A DNA stretch of 64,000 nt from Planctomycetota bacterium. GTDB taxonomy: Bacteria > Planctomycetota > UBA8108 > SXIK01. Shown in pieces: positions 39,053 through 49,225 of the stretch. The notes under the pieces are model-generated. The model was not told where the DNA came from. It searched no databases and saw only the letters and a program-made list of their open reading frames with translations. Location of the stretch: positions 3,616,001 through 3,680,000 of the forward strand of contig OZ244999.1 of the NCBI GenBank assembly GCA_965223265.1, read 5' to 3'. The translations under genes and the position numbers were made by a program. Every line of letters begins with the position of its first letter. The first letter of the stretch is position 1.

Positions 39053-40371
39053 GTTGGGTCCTTCGATCCATCGACAGAGCCAGCGCGGCGGAAAAGAAAC
39101 AAGACGGAAAACGCCGCCAACGCCGCCAACGCCGTAAACGCCGCGGCCCAAGAAAACACGGCAGCGACACCGGATTCCCTCTCGATGTGGCCCGCCAAAA
39201 GAGTCCCGAGCCCACCGACCCCAAAGGCGAGAATGAACTTGGCGCCAAAGAGCACGCCACGTGAACGCGCCGGCGAGTAGCGCGCCAAAAGCACGTTTTC
39301 GATCGGTTGGGCCGCGAAGACAAAGATCGCCATCGCCGCCGCGAGCGCCACGAGCGACCAGCCACTCGCAAACGCCAACGACAAGACGAGCACCGCGGCC
39401 GCCATGAGCACGAAGAGATAAGGCGACCGCGCGTCGCGGTTGCGCACGATAGCGCCGCCGAAGAGTTGCCCGGCGCCGCCGATGGCGTAGACGAAGCTCG
39501 CGAGCAGCGCGCCATCGAACTCACTCGTGAGACGGGTGTGAACCGAAGCAGGAATCAGAGAGCCGATCCAGCCGTGGACCCGATCGGGAAGCTGCTCGCC
39601 GAGATGCGTTGGCAGCATCGTCGTGATCAGGTGAAAGTAGAAGCCACCACACGTCATGGCAACCAGAAGCGCGGCGATGAACACTTTCCAGCTGCCACCA
39701 ACATCTGTCGCCACTACGCGAACGGGTCGACGATGTGCATCGGTCGCTTCGGAGTTTCGCGCATCTCTGGTGGCTTCTTTCGCCGCGCTCGTGCCGTCTT
39801 CAATCTGCAGCGACGAACGCAGAAGCAGGATACCCAGGAGCGCAGTTGGTAGCGCGAGGGCAACATACGCGGTCCGCCAACCAAACGCCAACGCCACCGA
39901 CGCTGCCACGAGTGGGGCGGCGGCAGTGCCAACGTTACCCCAGAGCCCATTGACACCCATGGCGCGGCCGGCGTCTGGAATCCCCTTCGAGATCATCGCG
40001 TTGCCCACGGGGTGGAAAATGCTGCAGCCCGCACCGAGGACGATCATGCCGACCGCCAGGGCTACTTTACCGTGAGCCAGTCCAACGAGTATGCCGCCGC
40101 CTGCCGTGATCAAGAAGAACGCCACGAGCATGGCTTTCTCGCCATAGCGGTCGCTCAGCCAACCAGCCGGCAGAGCCCCCAAGCCGAACAGCACGTTGCT
40201 GAGAGAGACGTAGACCGTCAGCTCGCGCAGATCGACTCCAAAACTTTCCTGCATGGGGCGGAGCATGGCCGCGTAGAGCAGCATGTAAAGGTGCGTGACC
40301 GCGTGCGCCGCGCAGGTGAAGAACAGGATCCGCCGCGGTGAGGCGGATGGCGAATTCGACACGCCTTTCAA
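39049..40371 (-). CDS. MFS transporter
   Basis: About 12 hydrophobic helices; GWLSDRYG motif A and SIFHPVG. Confidence 0.88.
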   Translation of the reverse strand: MKGVSNSPSASPRRILFFTCAAHAVTHLYMLLYAAMLRPMQESFGVDLRELTVYVSLSNVLFGLGALPAGWLSDRYGEKAMLVAFFLITAGGGILVGLAHGKVALAVGMIVLGAGCSIFHPVGNAMISKGIPDAGRAMGVNGLWGNVGTAAAPLVAASVALAFGWRTAYVALALPTALLGILLLRSSLQIEDGTSAAKEATRDARNSEATDAHRRPVRVVATDVGGSWKVFIAALLVAMTCGGFYFHLITTMLPTHLGEQLPDRVHGWIGSLIPASVHTRLTSEFDGALLASFVYAIGGAGQLFGGAIVRNRDARSPYLFVLMAAAVLVLSLAFASGWSLVALAAAMAIFVFAAQPIENVLLARYSPARSRGVLFGAKFILAFGVGGLGTLLAGHIERESGVAAVFSWAAAFTALAALAAFSVLFLFRRAGSVDGSKDPT

Positions 40372-40949
40372 CTCGGCCCCTCGGCTGCTTCCCCGACGGG
40401 TGGCCGCCAGTCACGTAGCCACTGAACACCGAGCGGCCGGAGGATTCGCGACTCGAGCTCGGCGAAACACGCCTTGGATCGACGGGCAGTATGGCACGGC
40501 CGGCGCCGGATGCCGCGGCGCGAACGGGACCGGCGGGGATTCGTCGGGCTCCGCTCTGTCTTATGTTTTTGGGAACCGAGCACTATGAGAAAGCCTCCCA
40601 AAGAGGTCTTCAATCGAATCCAAGGTCGCGATCAAGCGACGTGGCGACCGCTGAGGCTTGGCTCACCGCCAGCGCGGCATTGCGGGCGACCCACGCAGGA
40701 GCGGAAACCAGCCTTTTCTCGCTGGGTGCGGACGGTGAAAGTTCGCTATCATAGGGGGTTGCTTCGGGCTGTCGCAAGGCCGTGCAAGCGAACGTTGCGC
40801 GCGCCTGCGGCCCGGGACTTACGGGCGGAACAGGCGACCAAGGGACATCGCCTGACTCGAAGACCGATCCGTCGAAAGACCGATCAGACGGCACTGACGG
40901 GATCGTGTCCACGTCCGATCTCCGGGGACTGCAGCGACGGCCGACACGG

Positions 40950-41075
40950 CAGCCCGTTGCGAGAGTCATTCAGCCGAGAACCCTGGCCTCTTCATGCCCG
41001 GCTCGGTCACGTTTGCGACGACCGTTCTGGCTGCGAACAGATTCTCGGGCTCGAAGTACTCTTTTCAACAGACGG
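40950..41075. mobile_element. Degenerate, internally deleted MITE copy in inverted orientation
   Basis: CAGCCCGTTGCGAGAGTCATTCAGCCGAGAACCCTGGCCTCTTCATGCCC...GGCTCGAAGTACTCTTTTCAACAG aligns by eye to both arms of the reverse complement of 13349-13507. Confidence 0.75.
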
Positions 41076-41153
41076 GTTAGGCGTCGATGAACCCCGGTGC
41101 TTGCACCTAGAAGTTTTTCGACAGGCTGTCGTGAGCAAAAGAGCGGTCGTTCA

Positions 41154-42176
41154 ATGATGGAATCGGCCTTGACGTCTCCACAGATCGATCGGAACGAACC
41201 GGGACGTGAACAACGCCCTTGGCAGTGGTGGGTCGGCATCGCGCTGACGGTCGCCGGCCTCGGCTTGGCCGGCGCGAGCGTGCTTGGTTTCATCTTCGCG
41301 CGTGCGTGGCCATTCGAGCTCATGACGCATTTCCGTCTGCAGTATACCGTTGGCCTCGGACTCGTGGCCGCGGCGCTGTTCGCGCTGCGCTCCTCGCAGC
41401 GGGCGCGCCTTTTTGCCGGCGTCGCGATCATCAACGGTCTCTTTGTCGTTCCCCTCTTCGTCCGTGAACCGGCAAGTCCCTTCGTGTCATCGACGCATCT
41501 ACGCCTCGCCACCTTGAACGTCAAGCGGACGAACACCGAGTATGACCGCGTCCTCGAATTCCTGCGCCGCGAGCAACCCACCGTGGTGATGCTGCAAGAA
41601 GTGAACCAAGCTTGGTTCGAGAATCTTTCGTCTCTTCGGGACGTCTTTCCGCATATCCACGCGCGCCCGCGTGAGGACAACTTCGGCATCGGCGTGCTCA
41701 GCCAAATCCCAGTGGATGTCGACTTCGAAAAAATCGGCAAAGCTGGCCTGCCGTCGGTTGTCGCCCGCGTTACGCTCGGCGAACAAGTAGTCATCATCGT
41801 CGGGACGCACCCGACGCCGCCCGTCAATCGACTGGCCTTCGAGCTGAGAAACGATCAGTTGGCAGCGCTCGGCGAATTCACCAAAAAACGCTCGGCGCCG
41901 CTCGTTTTGATCGGCGACCTCAACACCACACAGTGGTCACCGTACTTCACCGATCTTCTCGCCGAGTCAGGCCTGCGACACGGCGGGCGCGGCCAAGGCC
42001 TGCAGGCAACGTGGCCGGGGTTGCCGCTGCCCTTTCGGATCCCGCTCGATCATGTCTTGCATTCCGCGGAGTTCGAGGTGGTCGCGCACGAAGTCGCAGC
42101 CACTGTGGGTTCGGATCACCTGCCGGTGCTCGTCGACGTCGCGTTTCAACCGCCCGAGGGCGACGAAATCGAGTGA
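41154..42176 (+). CDS. Endonuclease/exonuclease/phosphatase family protein with N-terminal TM helices
   Basis: RLATLNV, VMLQEV, GDLN, LDHVL and GSDHLPV motifs. Confidence 0.88.
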   Translation: MMESALTSPQIDRNEPGREQRPWQWWVGIALTVAGLGLAGASVLGFIFARAWPFELMTHFRLQYTVGLGLVAAALFALRSSQRARLFAGVAIINGLFVVPLFVREPASPFVSSTHLRLATLNVKRTNTEYDRVLEFLRREQPTVVMLQEVNQAWFENLSSLRDVFPHIHARPREDNFGIGVLSQIPVDVDFEKIGKAGLPSVVARVTLGEQVVIIVGTHPTPPVNRLAFELRNDQLAALGEFTKKRSAPLVLIGDLNTTQWSPYFTDLLAESGLRHGGRGQGLQATWPGLPLPFRIPLDHVLHSAEFEVVAHEVAATVGSDHLPVLVDVAFQPPEGDEIE

Positions 42177-42241
42177 TCGATCTTGATCGACCGGAAACTC
42201 GCCGGTCGTTCGAATGTCAGTTGACCTTGCGACACCGCCAG

Positions 42242-42907
42242 CTACTGACACGTCGGTGAACAGACACTCTCGATCGTCGTGCAGTCGCCGCCGAGCGCGT
42301 GGGGTGCTCCAGTGCCGCCGAACTGAAAATTGAGACTCGCCACTGGGTCTGAGATGTCGCTGCCGCCGTCGCCGTTCCAATCGAGGATCGCCAGGCCTGC
42401 TGCGGTGAGTTCGACGGGTTCAGCCCCTTCAACGACAAAGCAGTCGGGAAGCGCTGCACTGGTGAACAGGAAATTGAGATGCGCCACTGGGTCTGAGATA
42501 TCGACACCGCCGTCACCGTTGACGTCGCCCGGCAGTAATCCAGTGTCGCTCGGATCCGCAACACCGGGATTCGTGACATCGTCCGCGATGCCCGGATCCG
42601 GTTGGTCGTCCGTCCACGTTCCCTCTGGGTCGAGGAGTTCGACGCCATTGGTGAGCCCATCCCCGTCGGCATCCTCCTGCGCCAGCGCTGGAGTCCAAAA
42701 CGGATCACAGGAGCCACGATCCACAAGTGCTAACACAGCTTCGCCGAACGGATTGCGCGGGCCGCCGCCGAACTGGCTCAGGTGACACGTGGTGCAGTTG
42801 AAGACGCCGCCGTTCGGCACCAGTGTCGGTCGGCAGGGTCGCGCGGATAGGTCGTCACAAATCACAACAGCTGCAAGGACGACGGCGAGAGGAAGGCATC
42901 GAGTCAT
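42242..42907 (-). CDS. Secreted protein with a CxxCH/temptin-like domain and a dockerin-like (EF-hand) C-terminus
   Basis: Signal peptide; PNG..FNCTTCH...GGGPRNPFG...DADGDGLTNGVELLDP; paired GDVNGDGGVDISD and DWNGDGGSDISD loops. Confidence 0.75.
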   Translation of the reverse strand: MTRCLPLAVVLAAVVICDDLSARPCRPTLVPNGGVFNCTTCHLSQFGGGPRNPFGEAVLALVDRGSCDPFWTPALAQEDADGDGLTNGVELLDPEGTWTDDQPDPGIADDVTNPGVADPSDTGLLPGDVNGDGGVDISDPVAHLNFLFTSAALPDCFVVEGAEPVELTAAGLAILDWNGDGGSDISDPVASLNFQFGGTGAPHALGGDCTTIESVCSPTCQ

Positions 42908-43109
42908 GGCTCGGATCCTTGTTAGGTTCGATAGCGAGTTTTGCTGCGAAGGCTGAGACTTCGCGCTCGAGGCACGTTGATAGGTCCGCCTCGGAAAACG
43001 TCAGTGTGGGCACGGAATCGTAAGGCTGCACTCAACAGGCTGCTAGGAGAAAGGGCGATGGTAGCGCGCGCGCCGGGGAGATGTGACGCTAAAATCCGCG
43101 GGTGCACCG

Positions 43110-43190
43110 CAGCCTGGCTCCGAAGTGCAAAGCCGGTGCCACGGGTGCAAGAGGCCAGGATTCGGCCGAGAATCTCAAAAAAATCGGCTG
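43110..43190. mobile_element. Highly degenerate MITE remnant
   Basis: CAGCCTGGCTCCGAAGTGC...GGGTGCAAGAGGCCAGGATTCGGCCGAG...CGGCTG resembles the left and right arms. Confidence 0.45.
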
Positions 43191-43298
43191 AACTGTAAAA
43201 GTCGCCTCGATCAGGCGTTTGATTTTCGATCGACGGCAACGCGCACGTCCCGAGTCCAGCACCGAACACGACGAACATGAGAAAACCTGGTTAGGGTC

Positions 43299-43327
43299 TT
43301 GATGAGGCGCAGGTCGTTCGTCATCTT
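43299..43327 (+). promoter_or_regulatory. Possible sigma70-type promoter for tRNA-Leu
   Basis: TTGATG-N17-CATCTT about 20 nt upstream of the tRNA. Confidence 0.35.
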
Positions 43328-43346
43328 GTGGGTCGCTTCCGACTCG

Positions 43347-43435
<89 letters not shown>

Positions 43436-43458
43436 CATCACGTTCAGAGGCGCATTCA

Positions 43459-43497
43459 AGAGACCCGAAGGCGTCGCTTTCGGGTCTCTCTCTTTGT
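43459..43497 (+). terminator. Rho-independent terminator after tRNA-Leu
   Basis: AGAGACCCGAAGGCG/CGCTTTCGGGTCTCT hairpin followed by a CTCTTTGT tail. Confidence 0.75.
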
Positions 43498-43542
43498 CGG
43501 ACTCTTTGTCGGACCGCGCTCGCCGGTCTTTTTCCGTCGCCC

Positions 43543-44427
43543 ATGTCACACACGACGTCTGAGCAACAGCCTACGAACGCGGCCCCGATCGGGCTGGTTG
43601 CGGGTGGTGGTCGTTTTCCCGTCCTCGTCGCCCAGGGACTTCGCCGCCGCGGCATGAACGTCGTCTGCGCCGCGCTGCGTTTCCAAGCCGACCCCGAACT
43701 TCAAACGTACTGCGGTCGATACCGCGCCTTCGGGCTCGGCCGTCTGGGCGCTGTGCTGCGCTATTTCAAACTTCACGGCGTGCGCGAAGTGACGTGGGCG
43801 GGCTGGATCCGCAAGGAACAGCTCTTCCGGCCATGGCGTCTTCTCTGGTTGCTACCGGATCTGCGCACAATCCGGATATACTTCGGGCGCCTCAAAGATC
43901 GCCAGAATCAAACCATCTTGGCGGCGCTGGCGGAAGAATTCGAGTCCGAGGGATTCCAATTGGCACACTCGACCAAGTACAACCCGGAGCTCTTAGCCAA
44001 AGAAGGCGTCCTGAGTCGCAAACGGCCCTCCGCCTCGCAGCTCGCCGACATCGCCTTCGGCTGGGGCATCGCCAAGCGCATGGCGGACCTCGACGTCGGC
44101 CAAAGCATCGTCGTCTGCGAACGGTCAACCCTCGCGGTTGAAGGAATCGAAGGCACGGACAACAACATCCGCCGTGCCGGGCAGTACTACCGACGTGGCG
44201 GCTTTTGCGTCATCAAGGTGGCGAAGGACGGACACGACATGAGGTTCGATGTCCCGGCGGTCGGGCCCGACACCGTCGAATCGATCGTCGAAAGTGGCGG
44301 CGCAGTGCTTGCCGTCGAGGCAGGAAAGACGCTCGTGCTTGACCGCGACGAAATGACGCGGCTGGCCGACAAGCACGGCATCGTCGTCATCGCTCTGACG
44401 GGTCCGCCAGACTCGGAGCAGCTTTGA
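43543..44427 (+). CDS. lpxI: UDP-2,3-diacylglucosamine diphosphatase LpxI
   Basis: IGLVAGGGRFP, LDVGQSIVV, AVEGIEGTD..IRR, K.AK...DMRFDVPAVG and LAVEAGKTL motifs. Start at ATG 43543. Confidence 0.88.
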   Translation: MSHTTSEQQPTNAAPIGLVAGGGRFPVLVAQGLRRRGMNVVCAALRFQADPELQTYCGRYRAFGLGRLGAVLRYFKLHGVREVTWAGWIRKEQLFRPWRLLWLLPDLRTIRIYFGRLKDRQNQTILAALAEEFESEGFQLAHSTKYNPELLAKEGVLSRKRPSASQLADIAFGWGIAKRMADLDVGQSIVVCERSTLAVEGIEGTDNNIRRAGQYYRRGGFCVIKVAKDGHDMRFDVPAVGPDTVESIVESGGAVLAVEAGKTLVLDRDEMTRLADKHGIVVIALTGPPDSEQL

Positions 44428-44782
44428 CCCTGAGAAGTCGTTTTCCGGCCGGCGCTCTGGGCGCCAGTTTCCAGCATTTTCATATTCCAACGCACCTGAG
44501 TCGGCTGGGGCGCGGGAGGGGGCCCCAGCGGCGCAATTCGAATGCCCAAAGAGACCGCTCCGTCTGGTCGGCGCCGATCTCAGTCTGGTCCTGATTTGGG
44601 GCTACGTGCCCGGAATTCAAGCGCTAACAACTCCCGCCCCAGACGTTGGGTCAACCCGGCATGCGAAGGATTCCCCAGCGGCAAGGATTTGCTTTTCAAA
44701 CGCGCCACTGGCCGATAATCTAAAGGTACGCACCATTAGAAGATCGGATCATTCGCCCCAACCAGACTTGGAACCCTAGGTC

Positions 44783-46456
44783 ATGATGCGCTCGACACTT
44801 TGCTTCATCTTCTCCGCCGGCCTTGTCATCTTGCCGCTCCACACCCGCGCGATTGCCGCAGACGACGATCTCAGCGCGCAGCTCAAGAAGCTCGCCGAAT
44901 CGATCAGTGCCATCGAAAAGGGCGTGCGGCAGCGCGACGACCGCATCAAGGACCTCGAGGCACAGATCAAGGCCTTGGAGGCCAAACTAGCGGCCGGGTC
45001 CAGCGGCAGTCCTTGGTCGAGCGACAACCTGACCGGAGCGTTTCTGGGCGTCGAGCACACGGACGTGCCGGCCGACTTGCTGGCGAAGCTGTCTGCGAAG
45101 TCGGGGGCACTTCTCACCGACGTCTTCGAGGCCGGTCCTGCGGCCAAGAGCGGCCTGCAAAAGGGCGATGTGATTCTATCGATCAACGGCAAGGCTGTCG
45201 CCTCGACCGATCTGACGCTCGCAGTTCGAAACTTCAAACCGGGAACGAAGGTGAACGTCAAGTTTGCGCGCGCCGACAAGCAGGAAGAGAAAGAAGTCGA
45301 ACTGATCGACAAAGAAGCGTATCTGGCGGCGACGACTGAGAAGAAGCGCCCGGTACGTCTCGGGGTCCTCATCGCGGAAGACGACGGCCTCGTGGTCAAG
45401 ACCGTTGATCCAGGCCTCACCGCAAGCGCCGCCAAACTGCAGCCAGAGGACCGCGTCTTGGCGATCAACGGCACCAAGGTGTCGACTCTGGACGAAGTGG
45501 GAGCATTGCTTGGAAAACTCTACGTCGGGGATCGGCTTTCCTTCGAGATCGATCGCGGCGGACGCAAGCTCGTGCAAACGGCGATCGCCGGCGACGAGAA
45601 GACCGCCGCGCAGTCCGTTGAAGTCAAAAAGCGCGGCCCGGCGTTTCTTGGCGCTGAATTTGTCCTCGGCGATGGTGCGCCGCTGGTCGAAAGCGTCGAT
45701 CCGGACACGGTTGCAAGTGCCTACGCCCTGCGCAAGGGCGATCGCATCAAGGCGATCAACGGCAAGGACGTCTCCGAAGGCGAAAGCATCGTCGCCGCCG
45801 TCGGCGAGTTGCGCGCTGGTGAAAGGGTGACCTTCTTGATCGATCGCGGCGGGCGCGACGTCGAATTGGCCGACGTCGTCATGGCGGAAAAAGGCGAAAA
45901 GGTCGCGGCAGTGATCAAAGCGGCGTTCCTCGGCATCGATGGATTCGTCGATGAGGGTGGCGTCGTTGTCGATGGCGTTGTCGCTGGAACTGCAGCCGGC
46001 GTTTTCGGTATCCTCAAGGGTGATGTTTTGAAGCGCATCGACGACAGCGACGTGACGACCGAGGAAGCGCTCCGTGAAACGGTCGCCAAACTCTACTCGC
46101 GCGACACGGTCTCGCTCACCGTCGAACGTGAAGGACGCACGATCGTGCTCAAGGACGTGCTCCTAGGAGCGGAAGGGGAGAAGATCGAACGCGCAAACGT
46201 GCCTGGTCGGCTCGGCCTTGTCGCCACGATCCTCAAGGGTGGCGAGCTTGCGGTCGTCAAGTTGAACAGTGGCGAGGCTGCCGATCTTGCCGGCCTGAAG
46301 CGTGACGATGTTCTGCTGGCCATCAACGGCAATGCGGTCAAGAGCTTCGCAGATTTGCGCGCGTCTCTCAAAGGCCGCCGTCCCGGCGAACTGCTGAAAC
46401 TCAAGATCAAGCGCGGGGATGCCGAACAAGAACGCCAGATCTCTCTGACCGAGTGA
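44783..46456 (+). CDS. Secreted coiled-coil protein with five PDZ domains
   Basis: Signal peptide; heptad region; five PDZ units starting AFLGV, RLGV, AFLGA, AFLGI and RLGL, each with A...GL..GD.I..ING-like segments. Confidence 0.85.
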   Translation: MMRSTLCFIFSAGLVILPLHTRAIAADDDLSAQLKKLAESISAIEKGVRQRDDRIKDLEAQIKALEAKLAAGSSGSPWSSDNLTGAFLGVEHTDVPADLLAKLSAKSGALLTDVFEAGPAAKSGLQKGDVILSINGKAVASTDLTLAVRNFKPGTKVNVKFARADKQEEKEVELIDKEAYLAATTEKKRPVRLGVLIAEDDGLVVKTVDPGLTASAAKLQPEDRVLAINGTKVSTLDEVGALLGKLYVGDRLSFEIDRGGRKLVQTAIAGDEKTAAQSVEVKKRGPAFLGAEFVLGDGAPLVESVDPDTVASAYALRKGDRIKAINGKDVSEGESIVAAVGELRAGERVTFLIDRGGRDVELADVVMAEKGEKVAAVIKAAFLGIDGFVDEGGVVVDGVVAGTAAGVFGILKGDVLKRIDDSDVTTEEALRETVAKLYSRDTVSLTVEREGRTIVLKDVLLGAEGEKIERANVPGRLGLVATILKGGELAVVKLNSGEAADLAGLKRDDVLLAINGNAVKSFADLRASLKGRRPGELLKLKIKRGDAEQERQISLTE

Positions 46457-46551
46457 GCCGCGAGTCGCGAGCGCGAGATCGACGACGATCGTTTTCTCAT
46501 CCGCCCCTCGTCAACGGCCACCTCGCATGGCCAAGAGCATGGATTGATTAG

Positions 46552-47112
46552 GTGGTGCCGCGTAGCATTTTCTTGGTGGGCTACCGCGCCAGCGGCAAGA
46601 GTTGCGTTGGCAAGGCTCTGGCGCGCCGTCTCGGTTGGCGTTTCCGCGACACCGATGACGCAGTCAAGTCACGCCTGGGCATGAGCATTAGCGAGTTCTT
46701 CGCTGAGCGCGGCGAGGATGCGTTTCGCCAGCACGAGAGCGACGCGCTTGGCGAAATCGTCCGCAGCGTCGCCGACGACCAACCGTGCGTCGTAGCTTGT
46801 GGTGGGGGAATCGTCTTGCGCCAGACGAACGTCGAGATGATGCGGGCGGCGGGCACCGTCGTATGGCTCCGTGCCGGCGTCGGAACATTGTCCGCTCGAC
46901 TGGCAGGCGATGACAACACCGCGGCGGATCGTCCGACGCTGACCGGCACTTCAACGCGCAGCGAAGTCGAGTCGGTCCTCGCGGAAAGAACGCCGATCTA
47001 TCGCGATGCCGCGCATCTCGAGCTCGACACGGAGCTCCTTGAGCCGGAAGAACTGGCGGAGTCGCTTGCAGAGGAGCTCGAGCGGCGAGGATTCTTGATC
47101 GAGCCCCGTTGA
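46552..47112 (+). CDS. aroK: Shikimate kinase
   Basis: IFLVGYRASGKS, DTD, GE..FR..E, GGGIV, RP.L and R.P.Y motifs. Confidence 0.92.
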   Translation: MVPRSIFLVGYRASGKSCVGKALARRLGWRFRDTDDAVKSRLGMSISEFFAERGEDAFRQHESDALGEIVRSVADDQPCVVACGGGIVLRQTNVEMMRAAGTVVWLRAGVGTLSARLAGDDNTAADRPTLTGTSTRSEVESVLAERTPIYRDAAHLELDTELLEPEELAESLAEELERRGFLIEPR

Positions 47113-47477
47113 ACCCAGAAGCCGTTCCAGAGACCGGGAGCTATGGCGGGAACGGATACGTGTATGTCGCCGGACTGCGTGGCATCAACGTTGGCGGCAA
47201 AAACGAAAACGCGCTGCCGATGAGGGATCTCGTGGCGTTGTTCGCCTTCGCTGGCTGCGACGGCGTCAAAACCAGCCTGCCGATTCGAGTCCCTTGCCCC
47301 GCCAGCGCGAGAGCCGTCGCCTCCGCCGTGACAAACGCGCTGTCGAGCGTCGCAGCCGGCCGGAATCAGCACGATTCCACAGCGATTCTGCCGACGAAAG
47401 AGCAACGGCGCAGACCTGGAGCGATATCAGTCGTGGGTGGGTGCGTAGAGATCGCTTCGCTCGGTGTCAGATTGTGA
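47109..47477 (+). pseudogene. DUF1697-like N-terminal remnant
   Basis: YVAGLRGINVGGKN...M..L..LF...G...VKT matches the DUF1697 start, but similarity is lost before the expected QSGNV motif. Confidence 0.55.
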
Positions 47478-47551
47478 TGCCCGCCGTGAACCTCTATTCT
47501 ACCCACAGCAGCCTCGCTGAGTCCCACATCCCTTGTTCCTGGTGACCCAGA

Positions 47552-48658
47552 TTGGAACCACCTCTGAAGTTCTTTCTCGTCGTCGTCGCGGTGCTTCTCG
47601 GGGCGAATATCGGCAGCTTTTTGAACGTCTGCATATTCAGGATGCCCCGCGTCGGCCTCAGCACGCACCGGCCACGCCGCTCGTTCTGTCCAAGCTGCGG
47701 CACGGGGATCGCGTGGTTCGATAACATCCCGCTTTTGAGTTGGCTGCAGCTGGGAGGCCGCTGCCGGCACTGCGGCATGCCCATCAGCTCACGATACTTT
47801 CTCGTCGAAGCTCTGACGGCAGCACTCTTCGGCTTCCTAACGTACCGATATCTCGACGGTACCGCCGCAAGCTGGGCTCTTCTCTTGACGCTCATGTGCT
47901 TTGGCGCCGCCCTCATCGTCGCCTCGTTCATCGACGCGGAGCTGCGGATTCTGCCGGACGCGATCACCCTCGGAGGGATGGCCTTGACCCCGCTGGTCAT
48001 GCTGCTCGTCCCTTCCATCCACCTTCCACCAAGCGACGCATTGGTACGTTCGCTTCACGCGGCCCAGCCGAAGCTCGCATCGATCGCGACGACGCTCCGA
48101 CTCGATGCTCTCCCCGCCGGGATTCAACCGGTGTGTGTCGCGGTGGCTGCAGCTCTGGGCGGCCTCGCCACACTTTACGCCTACGCGCTTTACTGGCGAC
48201 TCGTTCACCGCGATCAACCTCGCGCTCTCTCAGCAGGCTGGCTCGGTGGCATTCTCGGAGGAGCACTCGCCGCCGTTTCGACAGCACTGGTCCTCCGCCC
48301 GGAGTGGGTCACGCACCCGAGGATCTACAGCTACGTCGCCGCAACCATCGGCATGGTTGCTGGCGCCTCCTTGATCCTCTTCGTGCAAATCGTCGGCGCC
48401 AAAGTGTTTCGCAAGCCAGCCATGGGATTCGGCGACGTCAAACTCATGGGGCTTCTCGGCGCATTCACGGGCTGGACCGGGGTGATCGTTGGATTCTTTC
48501 TCGCGTGCTTCCTCGGCAGCGCGGTTGGGATTTATCTCCTAGTGCGGTATCGAGACCACTACCTGCCGTTTGGGCCGTTTCTCTCGATCGGAGCTTTCGT
48601 GCTGGTGGTCTGGCCCGGAGCGTTCGACGCCTTCATGGCGTGGCTCTTGACCCGCTGA
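47552..48658 (+). CDS. pilD: Prepilin peptidase (A24)
   Basis: GSFLNVCIFRMP, RSFCPSC, DNIPLLSW...GRCRHC, FID...RILPD, MGFGDVKLM and PFGPFL motifs. Confidence 0.92.
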   Translation: MEPPLKFFLVVVAVLLGANIGSFLNVCIFRMPRVGLSTHRPRRSFCPSCGTGIAWFDNIPLLSWLQLGGRCRHCGMPISSRYFLVEALTAALFGFLTYRYLDGTAASWALLLTLMCFGAALIVASFIDAELRILPDAITLGGMALTPLVMLLVPSIHLPPSDALVRSLHAAQPKLASIATTLRLDALPAGIQPVCVAVAAALGGLATLYAYALYWRLVHRDQPRALSAGWLGGILGGALAAVSTALVLRPEWVTHPRIYSYVAATIGMVAGASLILFVQIVGAKVFRKPAMGFGDVKLMGLLGAFTGWTGVIVGFFLACFLGSAVGIYLLVRYRDHYLPFGPFLSIGAFVLVVWPGAFDAFMAWLLTR

Positions 48659-49225
48659 AGGCGTCGCTTGACGCTAACGCATCCGCTGGCAACACGAATG
48701 GGCCAGCCGGTGGTAGCACCGCCACACGGTGGCCACAAAATAGCCAACTTGCCTGTTGCCATGTGGGCGGGTCGTCGCTAATCTATTCGCGTCCGCAAGA
48801 TTATGGGACCCACCGTCGTCGGCGAACGTCGCATCAGCGCCCAAAGTCGCATCAGCACGGTGCCCCAAGTTGACGTTGAAGAGAATTTAGAGGAGTCAGC
48901 GTGCTCTGGGGATGCTCCGGAGGAGGGAGCACGGAGTACACGAGAAGAGTGAATACCCCGTGCGCGTCGTTGCGGAGACCGCGCGGGTCAATCGGTTGGC
49001 CTCTTGTAGGCGCTCGAGAAGGTGCCTATCGGCCCGCTCTAGCAGGGACTCGAAGCCGAGATCGGATTCCACAGCGCGCTCAAGCCGCCATCGTGCGGCG
49101 AGGAATGCGGCGGAGATCCTGGCTTCGGCTGCAGTCGGGTTGACAGGAAGAGATCGGCGCATGCGCCGAATGACTTTCCGGCTGCTTACGGGGGTTCGCG
49201 CCAGAAAGGAAAGGAAGAGAATACC

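Noticed and set aside
39110-39147. AACGCCGCC-type tandem repeats
   Set aside because: They simply encode the AAAFTALAALAAF helix of the MFS transporter.
44679-44694. CGGCAAGGATTTGC as a sigma54 promoter for the PDZ gene
   Set aside because: GG-to-GC spacing is 9 nt rather than the required 10.
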